In this document: piece after piece, positions 1 to 12,221 of the stretch
How the letters are laid out: every line of letters starts with the position of its first letter
How positions within the stretch are numbered: position 1 is the first letter of the stretch
Assembly (NCBI RefSeq): GCF_035084215.1
Contig: NC_090370.1
Coordinates: forward strand, 6,200,001-6,264,000
DNA length: 64,000 bases
Origin: Heptranchias perlo
Lineage: Eukaryota
Direction: 5' to 3'
Program-made: the position numbers and the translations under genes
Notes under the pieces: model-generated
The model's input: only the letters and a program-made list of their open reading frames with translations
Told to the model about the DNA's origin: nothing
The model's database searches: none

Positions 1-1441
1 ACGGCTCTCACATAATACATGTGTACACCCCATCATACATTTCAGTGTATTTTTCTGCCTATATACTGCACCAACTATCCTCCATTGTAGCTCATTAACT
101 TCTAATGTGTGCACCCTAACTATCAAACAGCACGCCGTTTATTCAGTTACTGAGATCAAGGATGTCAGAAAATCTATATACCCCAGGCCATTGAATTAAA
201 GCGTCCGACTCCTTTAAATCCCAGAGTTAAGACGTACTTATACTATGTACGGTTTCCTAGGTAACTAGTACCGAAAGATCTTTGCATGTTTCTATCTGGC
301 ATCGAACGGAGATCAGCGCATTGTTGATGCTGAACTCGTGGAACGAGGTGTGCAGGAGCGTCAGGGAAAAAAACTCTTAAATTCAAATTAGCGCACAAAT
401 ATTTTGGGTTTTTCAAAAAAAAATCTACGCACGTTATGTTTTGCATTTTGGTGCAGGAATGCTCATTCGGTCTGCCAAGAAAAACAAACACTGACTGTCG
501 TAATTAAGCGGTAGGGAGACGACCCTGAAATACGCCAGCTGCTACTGGGACATCTGTGCGTCTTACTGCGTGTGTGTACAAGTGGCGAGTGAGTGAGTGA
601 ATTCTCGCTCACATCCCAGTGCAAAAAGATACTGGTTACTAGTAAAGTCTAATTAATACTCGGGCGGGGGGGAGAAAACACCATAATTCCGGTGACACTG
701 CCTCATTAACAACGTGACGGTGTCAGAGTCCCATCAGCTCCAAATAGTGAGAACTTCACTTTGATCTCAGATGCTCTGTATGGGCTTTGACTCTGGAGTC
801 GGATGGCAGCAGTCTGAGATCAAGTCACCTCTGAGCGAAAAACTCAGATCAAACAGGAATAGAAATGTCACCGTGGTTCTTTTTTTATTCAATAGCGAGT
901 GTTGCGTCAAAACTCGCTAAAGTAGGTCAGTTAAAGCTCCTGCAGCGATGGGCTGGCTCTCAGGCTGCTTCAGTCTCTCACCTGTGATCGTCAGCATTAA
1001 TCCCAGGCGGGTGGGACTCGCTGCCTGTCACAGGCGCATTAACTACACTCGGGGATACCTTCCAAGAATTTAAGCAAAGTGCCATAGCTTTTAAATGGAA
1101 AACTTAAAACTCTCGATGATCTTGTTTATCTCTCTCAGATCTTTACCTCGCTCCTATTTATATCGTGACTATCCGTTTCCCATTTCTAGCCTGAAATCCA
1201 TCCACTCTCTCTCTCTCTCTGCGTCTCCCTGTTTATGTGGGGGATTTCCTGTCTTTCTATTCATTTTGTCTCCTCTATTTTTCTCTCCCTGTGCTGTATC
1301 CACCTTTCCCTTGCACCTGCACATCAACTGCCTAAACACGTTTCTGGGAAAATCCCTCGGGATCAAACACGCGCCTCCCTTTTAACCCTCCAAGGCCCCA
1401 GTGGCGTGTCCCGAATGGCAGGGAGTCTCTTAATCCTATAC

Positions 1442-1704
1442 CTCTGCTCAGGATGACGGTGTCTTGCAGGATTTTTCCACCGTTCTCCAGGGTCGAACAG
1501 TTCCACCTCTGGTCCCAGAGCTGGTGTTGACATTCGTGAATGGCGATCTGAATCCCCTGAACAGCAGCGGCGGTGACATCAGGGCTCCTCACGCACAGAC
1601 CCAGCTGTCGTCTGCTCAGACCCGGTAGGGTCAGACAGACCGTGTTGGCAGTCAGGATCGGGTCTGCTGGTATCTTCAGTCCCAAGATCTCATTCCCAGC
1701 AACA
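1442..1704 (-). CDS. WNT10B: Wnt10b coding exon 2 (263 bp, phase 2 to phase 1); gene continues beyond the left edge of the window
   Basis: Translates [111 protein letters not shown] and QHQL match Wnt10b better than Wnt10a (from recall, not an alignment). Acceptor tttctctggtttAG|T at 1705/1704, donor AGAG|GTATAG at 1442/1441. Confidence 0.9.
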
Positions 1705-1917
1705 CTAAACCAGAGAAAAATAATGGACAATAGAATAAGCAGTATTGTTAATAATATAAATATTAAAATGAATGTACACAAAAAATGCAAACATATCGTT
1801 TTATAAAAGAGACTTTTTTTCAATGTTTCAATAATAAAACACAATTTCAAGCAAGACTCGAGTGTGACACAACAGGCGAGATGACTGTGCGAGACTCCAC
1901 TCAGAATCGTTTCTTAC

Positions 1918-1982
1918 CGGTAGATCGTGAGTGAGATGGTGAGAAACAGAGAGACATGTCCGGAGTTTGAGGAAACTGCCAT
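1918..1982 (-). CDS. WNT10B: Wnt10b first coding exon (signal peptide)
   Basis: ATG at 1982 gives MAVSSNSGHVSLFLTISLTIY plus CG|GTAAGA, a strong donor. Phase 2 joins exon 2 in frame (CG+T = Arg, then [10 protein letters not shown]). Hydrophobic signal-peptide-like segment. Not in the ORF track. Confidence 0.8.
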
Positions 1983-2261
1983 TGCAGGAAATTAAATCGG
2001 CGCAAACAGATCGGTGCAAGGGACTATTGGGAACCACACGGGAATGATCTCCCAAACCAGGTCTGGCAGCGAGTGTATCAGGATCATTACAATCTCGTCC
2101 TCAGTGTCATGTTTCATTTCCTCGCTCAGCTGCTCCTTATAGCCGCTAGATTGAGTCAGTCAGGATTTAAAAAGTCACAGAAGAAAAAAATCCCCACTCA
2201 GTTCAAAGACAGATTGAACGTAGATAGATCAGTCAGTCTTATTTTGCCAGATCACTGACGC

Positions 2262-2535
2262 TTTCTATCTCTTGTCACTCTCTATCTCCCTCTATCTTTG
2301 TACTGTATTTCAAGCTTTCCCTCTCTCTCACTCTTTACTATCCCCCTCTGCCTTTCCCTCTCTCCCACCCACACACTCCCTCTGTCTTTTCTCTCTCTCC
2401 ACTCTCTCTCCCTCACTCACTCCATATCTGTTTCTATCGCTCTCTCTCTTCCCCCCCCCCCACCTTTCCTCGCTCTCTCTCTCTCTCTTCTAGCTCCCTT
2501 CTCCTCCCCCTTTCATTCCCTTCTCTCTCTCCTTG
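2262..2535. repeat. CT-rich low-complexity / polypyrimidine tract
   Basis: Degenerate (CT)n run; source of the spurious Leu/Ser-rich ORFs 2272-2567. Confidence 0.85.
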
Positions 2536-2836
2536 CGCAGGTGGATCAGACAAATGCACAATTTTAAACGGAATACTTTGATCATTATCGAACCATAAAT
2601 GCTCAAGTAACCTTTGAAAATGAAAGTTAATTGAAGTGCATCTGTTGAAAGGAAGCTGGCAGGTTCGCCAAGTGATGCTAGTTGTTTGCAGTGCATGGAG
2701 TGTGCGCGCCTGTGTATTCCTGCCCCGTTTTTAATGCACCTTTCTCCGCCTGTCCCTCAATCCCTGGATACATCATGTTCTCTATCTCTTTCTCTCTCCA
2801 TACACGTTAGCATATTCGCGAATTTCTGCTGCTTAC

Positions 2837-2990
2837 TGTCTTGGAGCAGCCTTTGCTAAATGAGGACATCGACAGAAGCGGGCGGACAAGAGTGGAACCA
2901 ATCAAAACGCACCGAAGACTTAAGGTTCCACTTGGAACTTATCGACCGCCGAGATCAGGCGTAGTGGCCGCCGTTAACGGGACGCCCTCC
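2837..2990 (-). promoter_or_regulatory. Candidate Wnt10b promoter and short non-coding first exon
   Basis: CpG-rich patch with a GC box (GGGCGG 2880-2885) and CCAAT (2898-2902), followed on the minus strand by a donor-like ACA|GTAAGC at 2837/2836. Inference only. Confidence 0.35.
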
Positions 2991-4084
2991 TTTCTCAACT
3001 TTTAATCATATTTACATACAAAATCCAATGCACCTATTACAATATATCTTGAAATACATCAATTGACATTCAAACCATTTAATAGTAATACAGCGTTTAA
3101 CTTAAATTATGTATTAGGTAGTTAAATATATATCATTCATAAACGAATCCAAGCGTAATTCGTTTGAAGTGTGAAATCAAAGCTATACACATGAAAAGAA
3201 AATTCAAAAATATAAGCAGAGTTTGTGTCTCGTACAGCTAGAATTCAAATTACCCCCATTCCGTTCTCTTTGTACAGTTTCCATTATTTGCGTTATTTAA
3301 GAAGCGGCATGATTCAAAACACATTAAAAAAAATAATACAGGACACCCATTGTTTTATTGACAGGCACCGCAAATCAAAGCAATTCATTATACGTGAAGC
3401 TCTTGGAGACCTTTCTGAGAGACGTGACAAGGCGCCGCACAAATGCGAGTCTTTTTTATGTCAACGCAGAGAAGTTGAGAGAAAACAATCGAGAAGCTAG
3501 CCAAGGCCAGTCGACACAAGAATGGGAAGGTGGAGGTGGTTTAAATAATGATATGTAACGACAGAAGCATTTCCAGAGCAACGAAGTGCTACCAACACCT
3601 GCTGCTGGGGACGGGAACTTTAGAATGGCGTAACCGCTAAAGTAGAACAAAAGCTTCGCTCCTGTCTGACATCTCCGCTCTCCAATAAACAGTTATTGCA
3701 AACATCGCTCCAATCTTTAGCTAAATTGTCTACATACGCTCAAGGTACTGTATTTGTAAGAGTACTGCTGACTCCAGTGAGACTGATTGTATCTGTGTGT
3801 GTATTGTATAAAAGTTAGGGGTGCCAGTGTTGGGGGGAATTCAGCTTTTTTATCCAGTCAGATACAGCCATTCTATTAGTGCCTTCATGTGACCCGTTGT
3901 GAGGCAGTTTTGTGCTGTGGACTCTCATGGTCCTAATTGAAATTACTCTTGACTCATTTCACACAGAACCCGTAACCATCAGAGACCTTCGTGAATTTGA
4001 GTGTATCTTAATAGATGTGACACAGGCAGTATTCAAAGCCACTGTGCTATCTAGTCGTATCATAAGTGCATTTAACCGGGACGG

Positions 4085-4430
4085 CTGGTACTGCAGTCGG
4101 CTCGGAAACTGCCCTTTCGTCTCTGCGACCTGGGTGTGAAACAAGCCCAGACTGATCGGATGATAATCTCTTTTTGCTAGCTGGGAGGAGTATATGTGAA
4201 ATGACGGTGGGTCACTTCGACACCAGGAAAAAATATTCACAATTTAGAGCAACTTGACATTAAATTGGTAAATGCACCTATGCAGTGGCGGTGTGAGATC
4301 CCTCTGAAGATGGAGTTGACATCTTGTTGGACTGAGTAGAAGGAGCTTTCCTCTTGTTTGTTCCTAGGACTGCTTGATCCCGAGATTGAGTGCAAAACAC
4401 AGGACGCTATCAACATTCCCAGAATGCAAG
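4085..4430 (+). mobile_element. Decayed LF-SINE-like tRNA-derived SINE
   Basis: ccctttcgtctctgcgacctgggtgtgaaacaagcccagac...tatgtgaaatga resembles my recollection of the LF-SINE head and body; related copies at about 5760, 15940 and 36690. Confidence 0.45.
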
Positions 4431-5759
4431 AACTCGTGAAGGGTCAGAACTTTGGGAGTCGTCATTCGGATCATCAGTTGTGATCACAAATAATATTAAA
4501 ATATCTATTTGGCAAACGGTTTATTCTGAAGTGGATTGAGTATTTGTTTATTTTTAATTTGACTTGATATTTATATTAATAAAACTACTCAATTGTATTT
4601 ATTGATTTCTGGGCATTTTGGGGGAAACAAAGTCTTTTTTTCCCATTGTTGTCACCGAGGGTCAGCTCCAGTGTCCCGGGTTAGGCGAACACATATCACG
4701 TACTGAATAAGGTTTATTTTGCTCTGCCCAACAACGTGGCTTCGTCCCAGTTTTGAGAGAGAGGGGAGGGGTGATTATTACCACACGTGAGAGATATTTT
4801 ACCCATTTCCCCAGACTTAGCTAAGGTTCAGAAATGAGGAAAAGGGCGCCCAGTCAGAGTTTACAGTCTAGGTAGGATGGATCTTAAGCTGGATGACGAC
4901 TTTCTCCCGTATGGTCTTTCACCCAATATCGAATACCTTCTGTTTAAAATGGTCTGACTCTGTGAGCCTGAATGGCGTGTCAGAACAAAGCAAACTTTGC
5001 CGGTCAAGGGGACAAAAAAAGTAGGGGGTCCTCCTGCAGACGCCAAAGCAGATAGGCGGGGAATGGTGTGTGGCTTGTGATTTTATCATTGGAGAGGTAA
5101 ACAGGCGCCCAGAAACGGGTCATTTTGAGATTGCGTCAATGAAGATATACAGATAGGGCCATTAAACCTCCGACACTGAATATTGTACAGTGATAACAAA
5201 GTATAGAAGGAATGGAACCCACTTTGATGTATAGTGGACTGAATAAACAATAGATTGTTGCATTATTTTGGCAATGGTAAACGAGCAAGTCCGTGGTCCC
5301 TTTAAGGTTTGTTTTAATGCTTTGTAGATCCGCGTTGGGTGCTAGATCTATCCAATAGTTCACAGATGTTTCATGCCTCATTAACATGCGAGCCGTCTCA
5401 CTAATTTTATGGCAGGCCTTGGTATTTGGGAGATGTTCTCGGAATTCTCCCCTAAACATTCAAAATCAACGGGATTCAAAAAAGTATAAACGGTTCGCCC
5501 GTTTATGTTGCAATATGTAGCTTTGTGTTGTGGCGTAAATACTCAAATTCGGAAATTTTAGTCTTAAATTAGTCTTAAACTCCCAAGCATATGAATGGTA
5601 AACAGTGGTATCTAAAAGTATTATGGGGCCAATTAAATCAGAGTTGGTTCATCTTGACCAAAAATTGATTTGTAAAACCTGTCAATTCCAATCTGTGCAT
5701 ATGAAGAAGCCAATTAAAAAAAAACCAAGCCCTACTTACACCAACTCACTGCTCCCCTC

Positions 5760-6150
5760 CCCACCTCACGTTAATTTCTGGGATTTGGATTGGAGTCCAT
5801 CCCAGACTGATGGGACGGACATTTCCTGTCTGTCGGTTGTAAGAATCTTGTGTAGAACGAGTAGTCTGAAGCAGGTTGGGTGTGGGCCTACAAAGTAACA
5901 CTACCCACAGACAGTCTCATCCATAGAGACCATGAGCATGGCTCGTGGGGAGAATTGGGAAAGTTCACTAGTTCAAAGCGAAGGACTCTTCCGACGGCTG
6001 GGTTAAAGCGTATAGTTGGGATAGAGCAAGAGGAGTTTATTCTACATCTGGCTACGTTACACTTCACCTGAGCGGGCTTGATGCTGATACATTGGTGCCC
6101 ATTCAGAAAAAAACATTCCACTCCCGGGCACTGACACCCTTTCCCTTAAC
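5760..6150 (+). mobile_element. Decayed LF-SINE-like element
   Basis: tctgggatttggattggagtccatcccagactgatgg shares its head with the 4085 and 15940 copies; 3' cactgacaccctttcc resembles the tail of the 36690 copy. Confidence 0.4.
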
Positions 6151-6425
6151 ACAAATCATCTGTTCCATACTCCCGATGAAAATCTATTTCAGCAATTAAC
6201 ATTGAGCTATTTTCGTTTCTAAAAATGGAACAATTTAAGAACACAGCCAGTGCAACATATAAACGCATGAATCATGGTCATTGGTTGTAATGGAAAGGGA
6301 AGGCTGACTTCGGTGAATACGGTCGACAAATGCCACTGCCCTTGTGTGGTGGTTATGGGGGAATTATTATATACACCCTGTTTCCTGTTACTGCCTGAGC
6401 TGTCCCCGGGTGAGGTATACACAAC

Positions 6426-6790
6426 AGCTTGCATTTATATAGCACCTCTCAAGGATAACATGTCTCAAAGTGAGTTACAAGAGGGGGAGAAGAGTGTGAA
6501 GCAGGAGACAAATGCGTTAAGGGGGTGCTTGGGAGCGGTAGGTTTTTAGGAGGCTTTTAATGAGAGGTAGCAAGGTGAATTCAGGGCAAGTGTTCCAAAG
6601 AGGAAGGGCATAGTGACTAAGGAGGGGTTACCGACGGCAGAAGAGGACTGAATAGTCCAGAGGGTCGAAGGGTGCAGCGGGACATTACTCAGATTGGGGA
6701 CGTGAGACCTCGCAGGGATTTGAAGGCAAGGTGGAGGATTTTGAGAGCCAGTGGGGTTTGGCAAGCACCTGGGTGGTGGAATCGTAGGGT
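6426..6790 (-). mobile_element. L2-like LINE 3' end fragment
   Basis: Tail gcttgcatttatatagcacc (same tail as the SINEs) followed by decayed sequence resembling an L2 ORF2 C-terminus. Confidence 0.45.
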
Positions 6791-8053
6791 TCAATAAAGA
6801 GTCGACATGAACCTCAGACCACGAAAGAGGATGTAAATGTGCACTGTTAATAGATTTAACAATGTGCTAAAGGTGTTGACGAGAGAAAAAAAGCTTCGAC
6901 CATATGCCGAATGGAAATCTTGGCAAATAATGTCCAGAATCGGTGGTGATAGAGTTGAGATTTGTCATTGCTCTCAGTTATACGACACCGAAATGCTTAA
7001 CCATATACAAGACAAAGGAGGGACAACTCCTGATCATTGCATTATCGAGTGTCAATGAAACAGACAGCATTTAATTCCTGGTGCTCCAGCCCCGTTATAA
7101 TCCTTGTCACAGAAATAAATGGGAAATTCCGAATGACGTCACTAGATTGGTCACAACAAGTTAACATTGTTCAAATTCTGTTAACGCTTTGATAACTCTG
7201 GAATTTTTTATGCTGTGCAGAAATATACCTGTCACGTTAATATCTGAAATTACAATATGAAAACATCAGTAATAATAATTGCTGCCTTGTACACAATGAG
7301 AGGAAGTGCAGGTCACACATAACATGCTGCCGTATAGAACACACTTTGGGAAAAGTGAGCGGTTTCATCACATTGTGTCTCGCAATCTATCCAAGTGTTC
7401 TCATACATTAGGAAAGGGTTAATCTTTTGGTCGGCGCCATGAAGCATTCACTCAGATGGACTGGATACTGCGAGGACCTTCACGTTACTGACCTTTGTTC
7501 AACCCTTAAACGCTCTTAAATCCAAGTACCGAACTAAAGTGACGAAACCCAAGCTTTAGATTCCAGCACTGAGATCTACAAATCGCGGCTAATTTGTGGA
7601 CCAAAAGATAAAATGTGTCGGATCGATTACAGTACAAACCCAACGGGATACCTACTATTTGCATAGGCGACATGAAGCCCGAGACAGTTAATACGAATCA
7701 TAGACAAAGTGATAAATGTCTTTCTAAGAAAGTGTGTCTCTGTCATTTCGATACATGGAAAAGTATCTCTGATCACATTTATTGCTTGTCCTCCTTGCGA
7801 CTATAGAACAACGAAGTTATCAAGGCCTCTGGTAGAAAGGGGCATGAAACTGATTGGAAACCGTCCAACGCCGAGGAACCAGAGTCGCACCGGACGAATG
7901 GTTAAATTCAGAACTTACTTCCCCTCCTATTCGAACTCGACCGTGGACTGGGTAGCCAGCTGGACGAGCATTTCCCACCCTCAGAACGACTCCTCAATGC
8001 AAAGCATTCGCCGCCCAGAGAGTGCCCTGGATTCACGCATTGTACAACACACG

Positions 8054-8205
8054 AGGGCAATTCGAACTTTTGGCGGTAGTGTAAAACGGGCGATATCGCA
8101 TCAGGCGGCCCGTTATACACCTTTCCCGATATCTTTTCCATTGACTGGAAAATCGGGAGAAGTGTATAACGGGCTGCCATCTATCGCCAAAAATAAAAGG
8201 ACCCT
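8054..8205. mobile_element. Palindromic MITE-like element
   Basis: ggcggcccgttatacacctttcccgat (8104) pairs with atcgggagaagtgtataacgggctgcc (to 8178); outer ttttggcggtag pairs with ctatcgccaaaa; central ttttcca-ttgac-tggaaaa. Confidence 0.65.
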
Positions 8206-8247
8206 ATTGTGTTTTGAACTGGGAATGTAAGTGTGTTCTTGCAGATA

Positions 8248-8832
8248 AACACATATATGCATGTACACACCTATGCACATGCACAGACATCCTTACACAA
8301 ATCCACACACATCCCCCCCCCCCACACACCCAAATACAAGTGCAGAACTTAGCTCACACACACCCCATATGCACACACACCCATTAACATGCCATATAAA
8401 TACAAGCGCACAACCCCACACAGACACCCGTACAATACACCCCCCATACACGTGTACAATTCCTACACAACCCCACACACGTACACAACCCCACACCCCT
8501 TTACAACCGCCATTCACATACAGTACACACACTCCAAACACATGCACACCTCCATACACATACGCGAGCACACCCCCCATATTCACCACATACACATGCC
8601 CCCTACACGCACACATCTCATACACTTGCACATCCCCCATACACATTCACCAATATACACACTCCACACACACATCCCCTATACACATACACCAATACAC
8701 ACACCCCATACACATACCAATAAACACGCTCCACACCTCCATGCACACACACACTATATATATGCATAAGCACTTCACACACACCCATGCACATAGATAT
8801 ACATGTAACCCACCCAATATATCACACACATG
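8248..8832. repeat. Degenerate (CA)n/(CATA)n low-complexity tract
   Basis: Directly visible; source of the His/Thr/Pro-rich and Val/Cys-rich spurious ORFs. Confidence 0.9.
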
Positions 8833-9725
8833 TACGTTTATGGTGAGAATTGTGTGTCTTAGAGCCGAAGAGATCAAAACTTCCACGCCTAAAATCGAAA
8901 TGCTATTTCAAACCTACATTATTTTGTACATTCACTGCACGCACCGTGTTTTCCCCAGGTGCAGGTAGTGGAAATTCCCCAGCACTGACAGCCCTCAGCT
9001 GGCTGAACTCAAAGCAGAGTTCAAAAGGAGTTATTAAGGTAGCATACTTTAAAATCATTTCAATTATGTACAATGGTGTAATTGCCTAGCATTTATGGCG
9101 TTGTCGGAGACGCTTTAGAATCCCAATGTTGAGTTATATAAATAGTAACACATCTACGGTCCATTGACATATTGGTGGCGTTTAACACACACAAAAACAA
9201 ACAAAGGGATAAGAATTCCTCTGTTCACTATAGAATAAAATTACTGTTAGGGTTTTAATGATACAAAGGCTTAACACGCGCAGGTTACTCTCTCCACTAT
9301 TTTAATGGAGGCATATTATTTAAACAGATTAATGTCGCCATTAAAAGATTGGAGGGGAACTTGGTAGGAGCCATGAAGCATTTGTCCCATAAACAGAGCT
9401 CACAGTAATAGCTACTCATGTGTCCCCTTTTGCACAGATGATGGGATTGAGCATCAGCAAGTGATTCTCTTCTTCCCCATTACACACAAGCAAGAGGCCA
9501 GTACAAACAAGCATAGTTTGTCCAAATTAAAATTCCCATGTAAATAAACCATAACGAATTATTTATTTTCATATTTGCTTTAATGAAGCAATCAATCCCG
9601 CGCTGCACTAACTGCTCCCGGTCGCTAGGGTAGCAACATGGGAAATGCAGTCATGAAAATTTATGTTTAGTATTTCTAGCCAAATCCTAAACGGGTTGGG
9701 TTTTTCCCCGCTGGAAATGCCCAAC

Positions 9726-10128
9726 AGAATTTGCATTTATATAGCGCCTTAAATGTCCTCAAGGCACCCCAAAGGATGTCACAGTCAATAGATTACTTTT
9801 GAAGAGCAGCCTCTGCTGTTGTGTAAGTACCCATGGCAGCGAATTTGGTCTCCACAAGGTCTCACATACTTGGTGGTGTTGGTTGGTATATGTTATCCAG
9901 GACACAGGAAGTGGTTCCCTATTTCTGCTCTTTTTCAAATTGTACCGTGGAATCCTTTACGCCCAACTCAGTGGGCAGACTGGGCCTTTGTTCAATGTCT
10001 CATTGGAAAGATGGCCTCTCCGATAATGTTGCATTCCCTCAGCACGGCACTGATGTGCCAGCCTAGATTATGTGCTCAAGTCCCACCGCCTGACTCTGAA
10101 GCGAGAGCCAACTGAGTCAAGCTGACAC
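9726..10128 (-). mobile_element. tRNA-derived Deu-domain SINE (SacSINE1-like), diverged copy
   Basis: Tail ttgcatttatatagcgcc, core gcattccctcagcacggcactg, head ...actgagtcaagctgacac; collinear with six other copies in the window. Confidence 0.75.
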
Positions 10129-11553
10129 TCAATGTGCACCACCGAACTTAGAGTGGCGAAAAGCAGCAATCAGAGCAATTCTTACCCCAAGATAGTTAAA
10201 AATAGAAGACCAACGTGAAAATCTAATGAAGGAGCTGTGGGCAGTATAGAGAGAAAAATACAATGTTTCAAACCAATCACCACTCAGAGCCTTGTGTCCT
10301 TGATACTATTTGTTGGTTAGTTCAGTGCGCCGCCTGCAGAAGAGGCAGTGAAACCTAAAACTCCTGCTGTTTTGAATAAAGGTTCAGTTGCTCAGGGCCC
10401 TTTATCGGAGTGGTCGCAGATACCAGAAGACCTTACCATTACGCTCTTTCCCCCTTGCAAACGTTGTCTTGCACACAGTCCCACTATTTCAGCTTTGGGT
10501 CTCGGGTTGTTTTGTTCCCAGCTGACACTCATTCCGAATTAAATTCTTGACCACGTGTAAACCGGTCTAAACAGGAGACTCTAGTAACCGGGGAAATGTC
10601 TGCTCTTGCACGGGACTGGCTTCATTTTAGCCGTGACGTCTCAATGTTTTAGCCAAATGCAGCAAATAAAGTGAGAATGTGAACTTTCGGGAATGTCCTT
10701 TAAACAGGTGACAGCTCTCATCCGTTGCATTTAAAACACATATCTAGAGCCTTCTAGCCCGCTAACCGCAGAAAACACAGAGACCTGTAGATCGGTGCAG
10801 ACACACAGACATATACAACCAGAGAGCTGCATCCACACGTATACTCAACAAGCAAGAACTGTACTCATTCTCACAAAGCCGAGAGAGCTGTGTACACATA
10901 TATAAACTCCATCTCAGATAACCGGGCATGCACAAGCACACACATTAAACCCAGGTGGAAATGCACACCTATTTATATACATGTATGCACACAATCCTTA
11001 TACAAATACTGAAACCCAGAGAGCTACAGACTTAGGGACGGTAGCGCGCACACATAGAATGTCAGAGCCCTGAAAGGCGCTCATACTTAATCCTAAAGAG
11101 CTGTACGTACTTGTTAAGTCTGAAATACCTGCTGAGGACCACCATACCAAAGTAATGAGCTATCCATCATCATTGAAAACCGATCTCTAACCTTAATACT
11201 CCCAAGTACGCCTAGGGTTCCCTGTCAGCCTTCATTCTAAACGCTGAAGACCAGCCCCAGAATCAACCGCCTTCCGATCGTAAGGTGTCACCAGGTTACC
11301 GACCCGTCACCACTTTGAACTTTTCTTTTTGTGGTTTTAACAAAGTGGGGTCTCTAGATTTTACTGTGCAATGTAAACAGGCACATACACACGTGCACAC
11401 ACACGCACATACATACACGTACACACACTCAAACACACACATATTCACGCGTGCACGCGTTCATTCTCGTACCGACTCAGGGCTCGGACACGCAGACACA
11501 GAAACTGCACTGACACACCCAAGGTGGGAAACACTGAAATCTTATCCATTCCA

Positions 11554-11559
11554 TTTATT
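11554..11559 (-). terminator. Candidate Wnt6 polyadenylation signal (AATAAA on minus strand)
   Basis: tttatt on the plus strand about 660 nt past the Wnt6 stop; the CA-rich tract at 11380-11460 reads as a GU-rich downstream element on the minus strand. Confidence 0.45.
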
Positions 11560-12221
11560 ATGCAGTATTTTCTATATTTCCTGTACAAATACCCGATAAA
11601 TGAAAAATGAACCAGTTGATCTAAAAAATAGTAAACATTTTTTTAAATAACCCATTTCCACACCTAATGCTATTTACTCTGCGAACATTAGAAAGCCATG
11701 CGCCATCGATCTCCTCCTGACACATTGACCTGGGCAGCGCTTTCTAATGACACGCAGAGGCGGGTTGACAAAACCTTTGGACATTTTGCAATAATACAAA
11801 AATAGTTCTATATGTCTTCAGTCAGAAATTATATATGATTTCCTTTAATCGTTTATAGTTCTTCTATGCTATAAGGAATATGCACCTCCTTCCCCCTCCC
11901 ACAATGGTTTGTACTCTGCAAAATTGATGAATTATCTCGGTATTGATCTTAAGAGCGGACCCAACCGTTATAAAATTGTTCCTTTTCAGACTCTTTGTAA
12001 TCCTTCAAACTCGTAGGGTCGCGCCAGAGAATTCTCTCCCACTGGTCCGAGTCCATATTCCTGCCTGGGATTTTTGCACTGGAGCGAGAAGTTCCAGCAG
12101 ATACGAGTTGTAACTTCCTCCTCCTCCCATTCAAAACTTTTGCTCTTTGGATAATATTTTTTAATTAAGTTTTACGTAAGTTCCAGGGATATCTTATTGT
12201 GTTGTTGTGGTTGCATTTTGG

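Noticed and set aside
1705-1850. Hydrophobic N-terminus of ORF 1332-1850 as the Wnt10b signal peptide
   Set aside because: AT-rich intron sequence; a proper acceptor at 1705 and an in-phase upstream exon (1982-1918) explain the gene better.
7709-8230. 173-aa plus-strand ORF
   Set aside because: No recognisable domain or splice structure; its 3' part runs through the palindromic MITE.
8261-8968. His/Thr/Pro-rich 235-aa ORF and its overlapping ORFs
   Set aside because: Translation of degenerate CA repeats.
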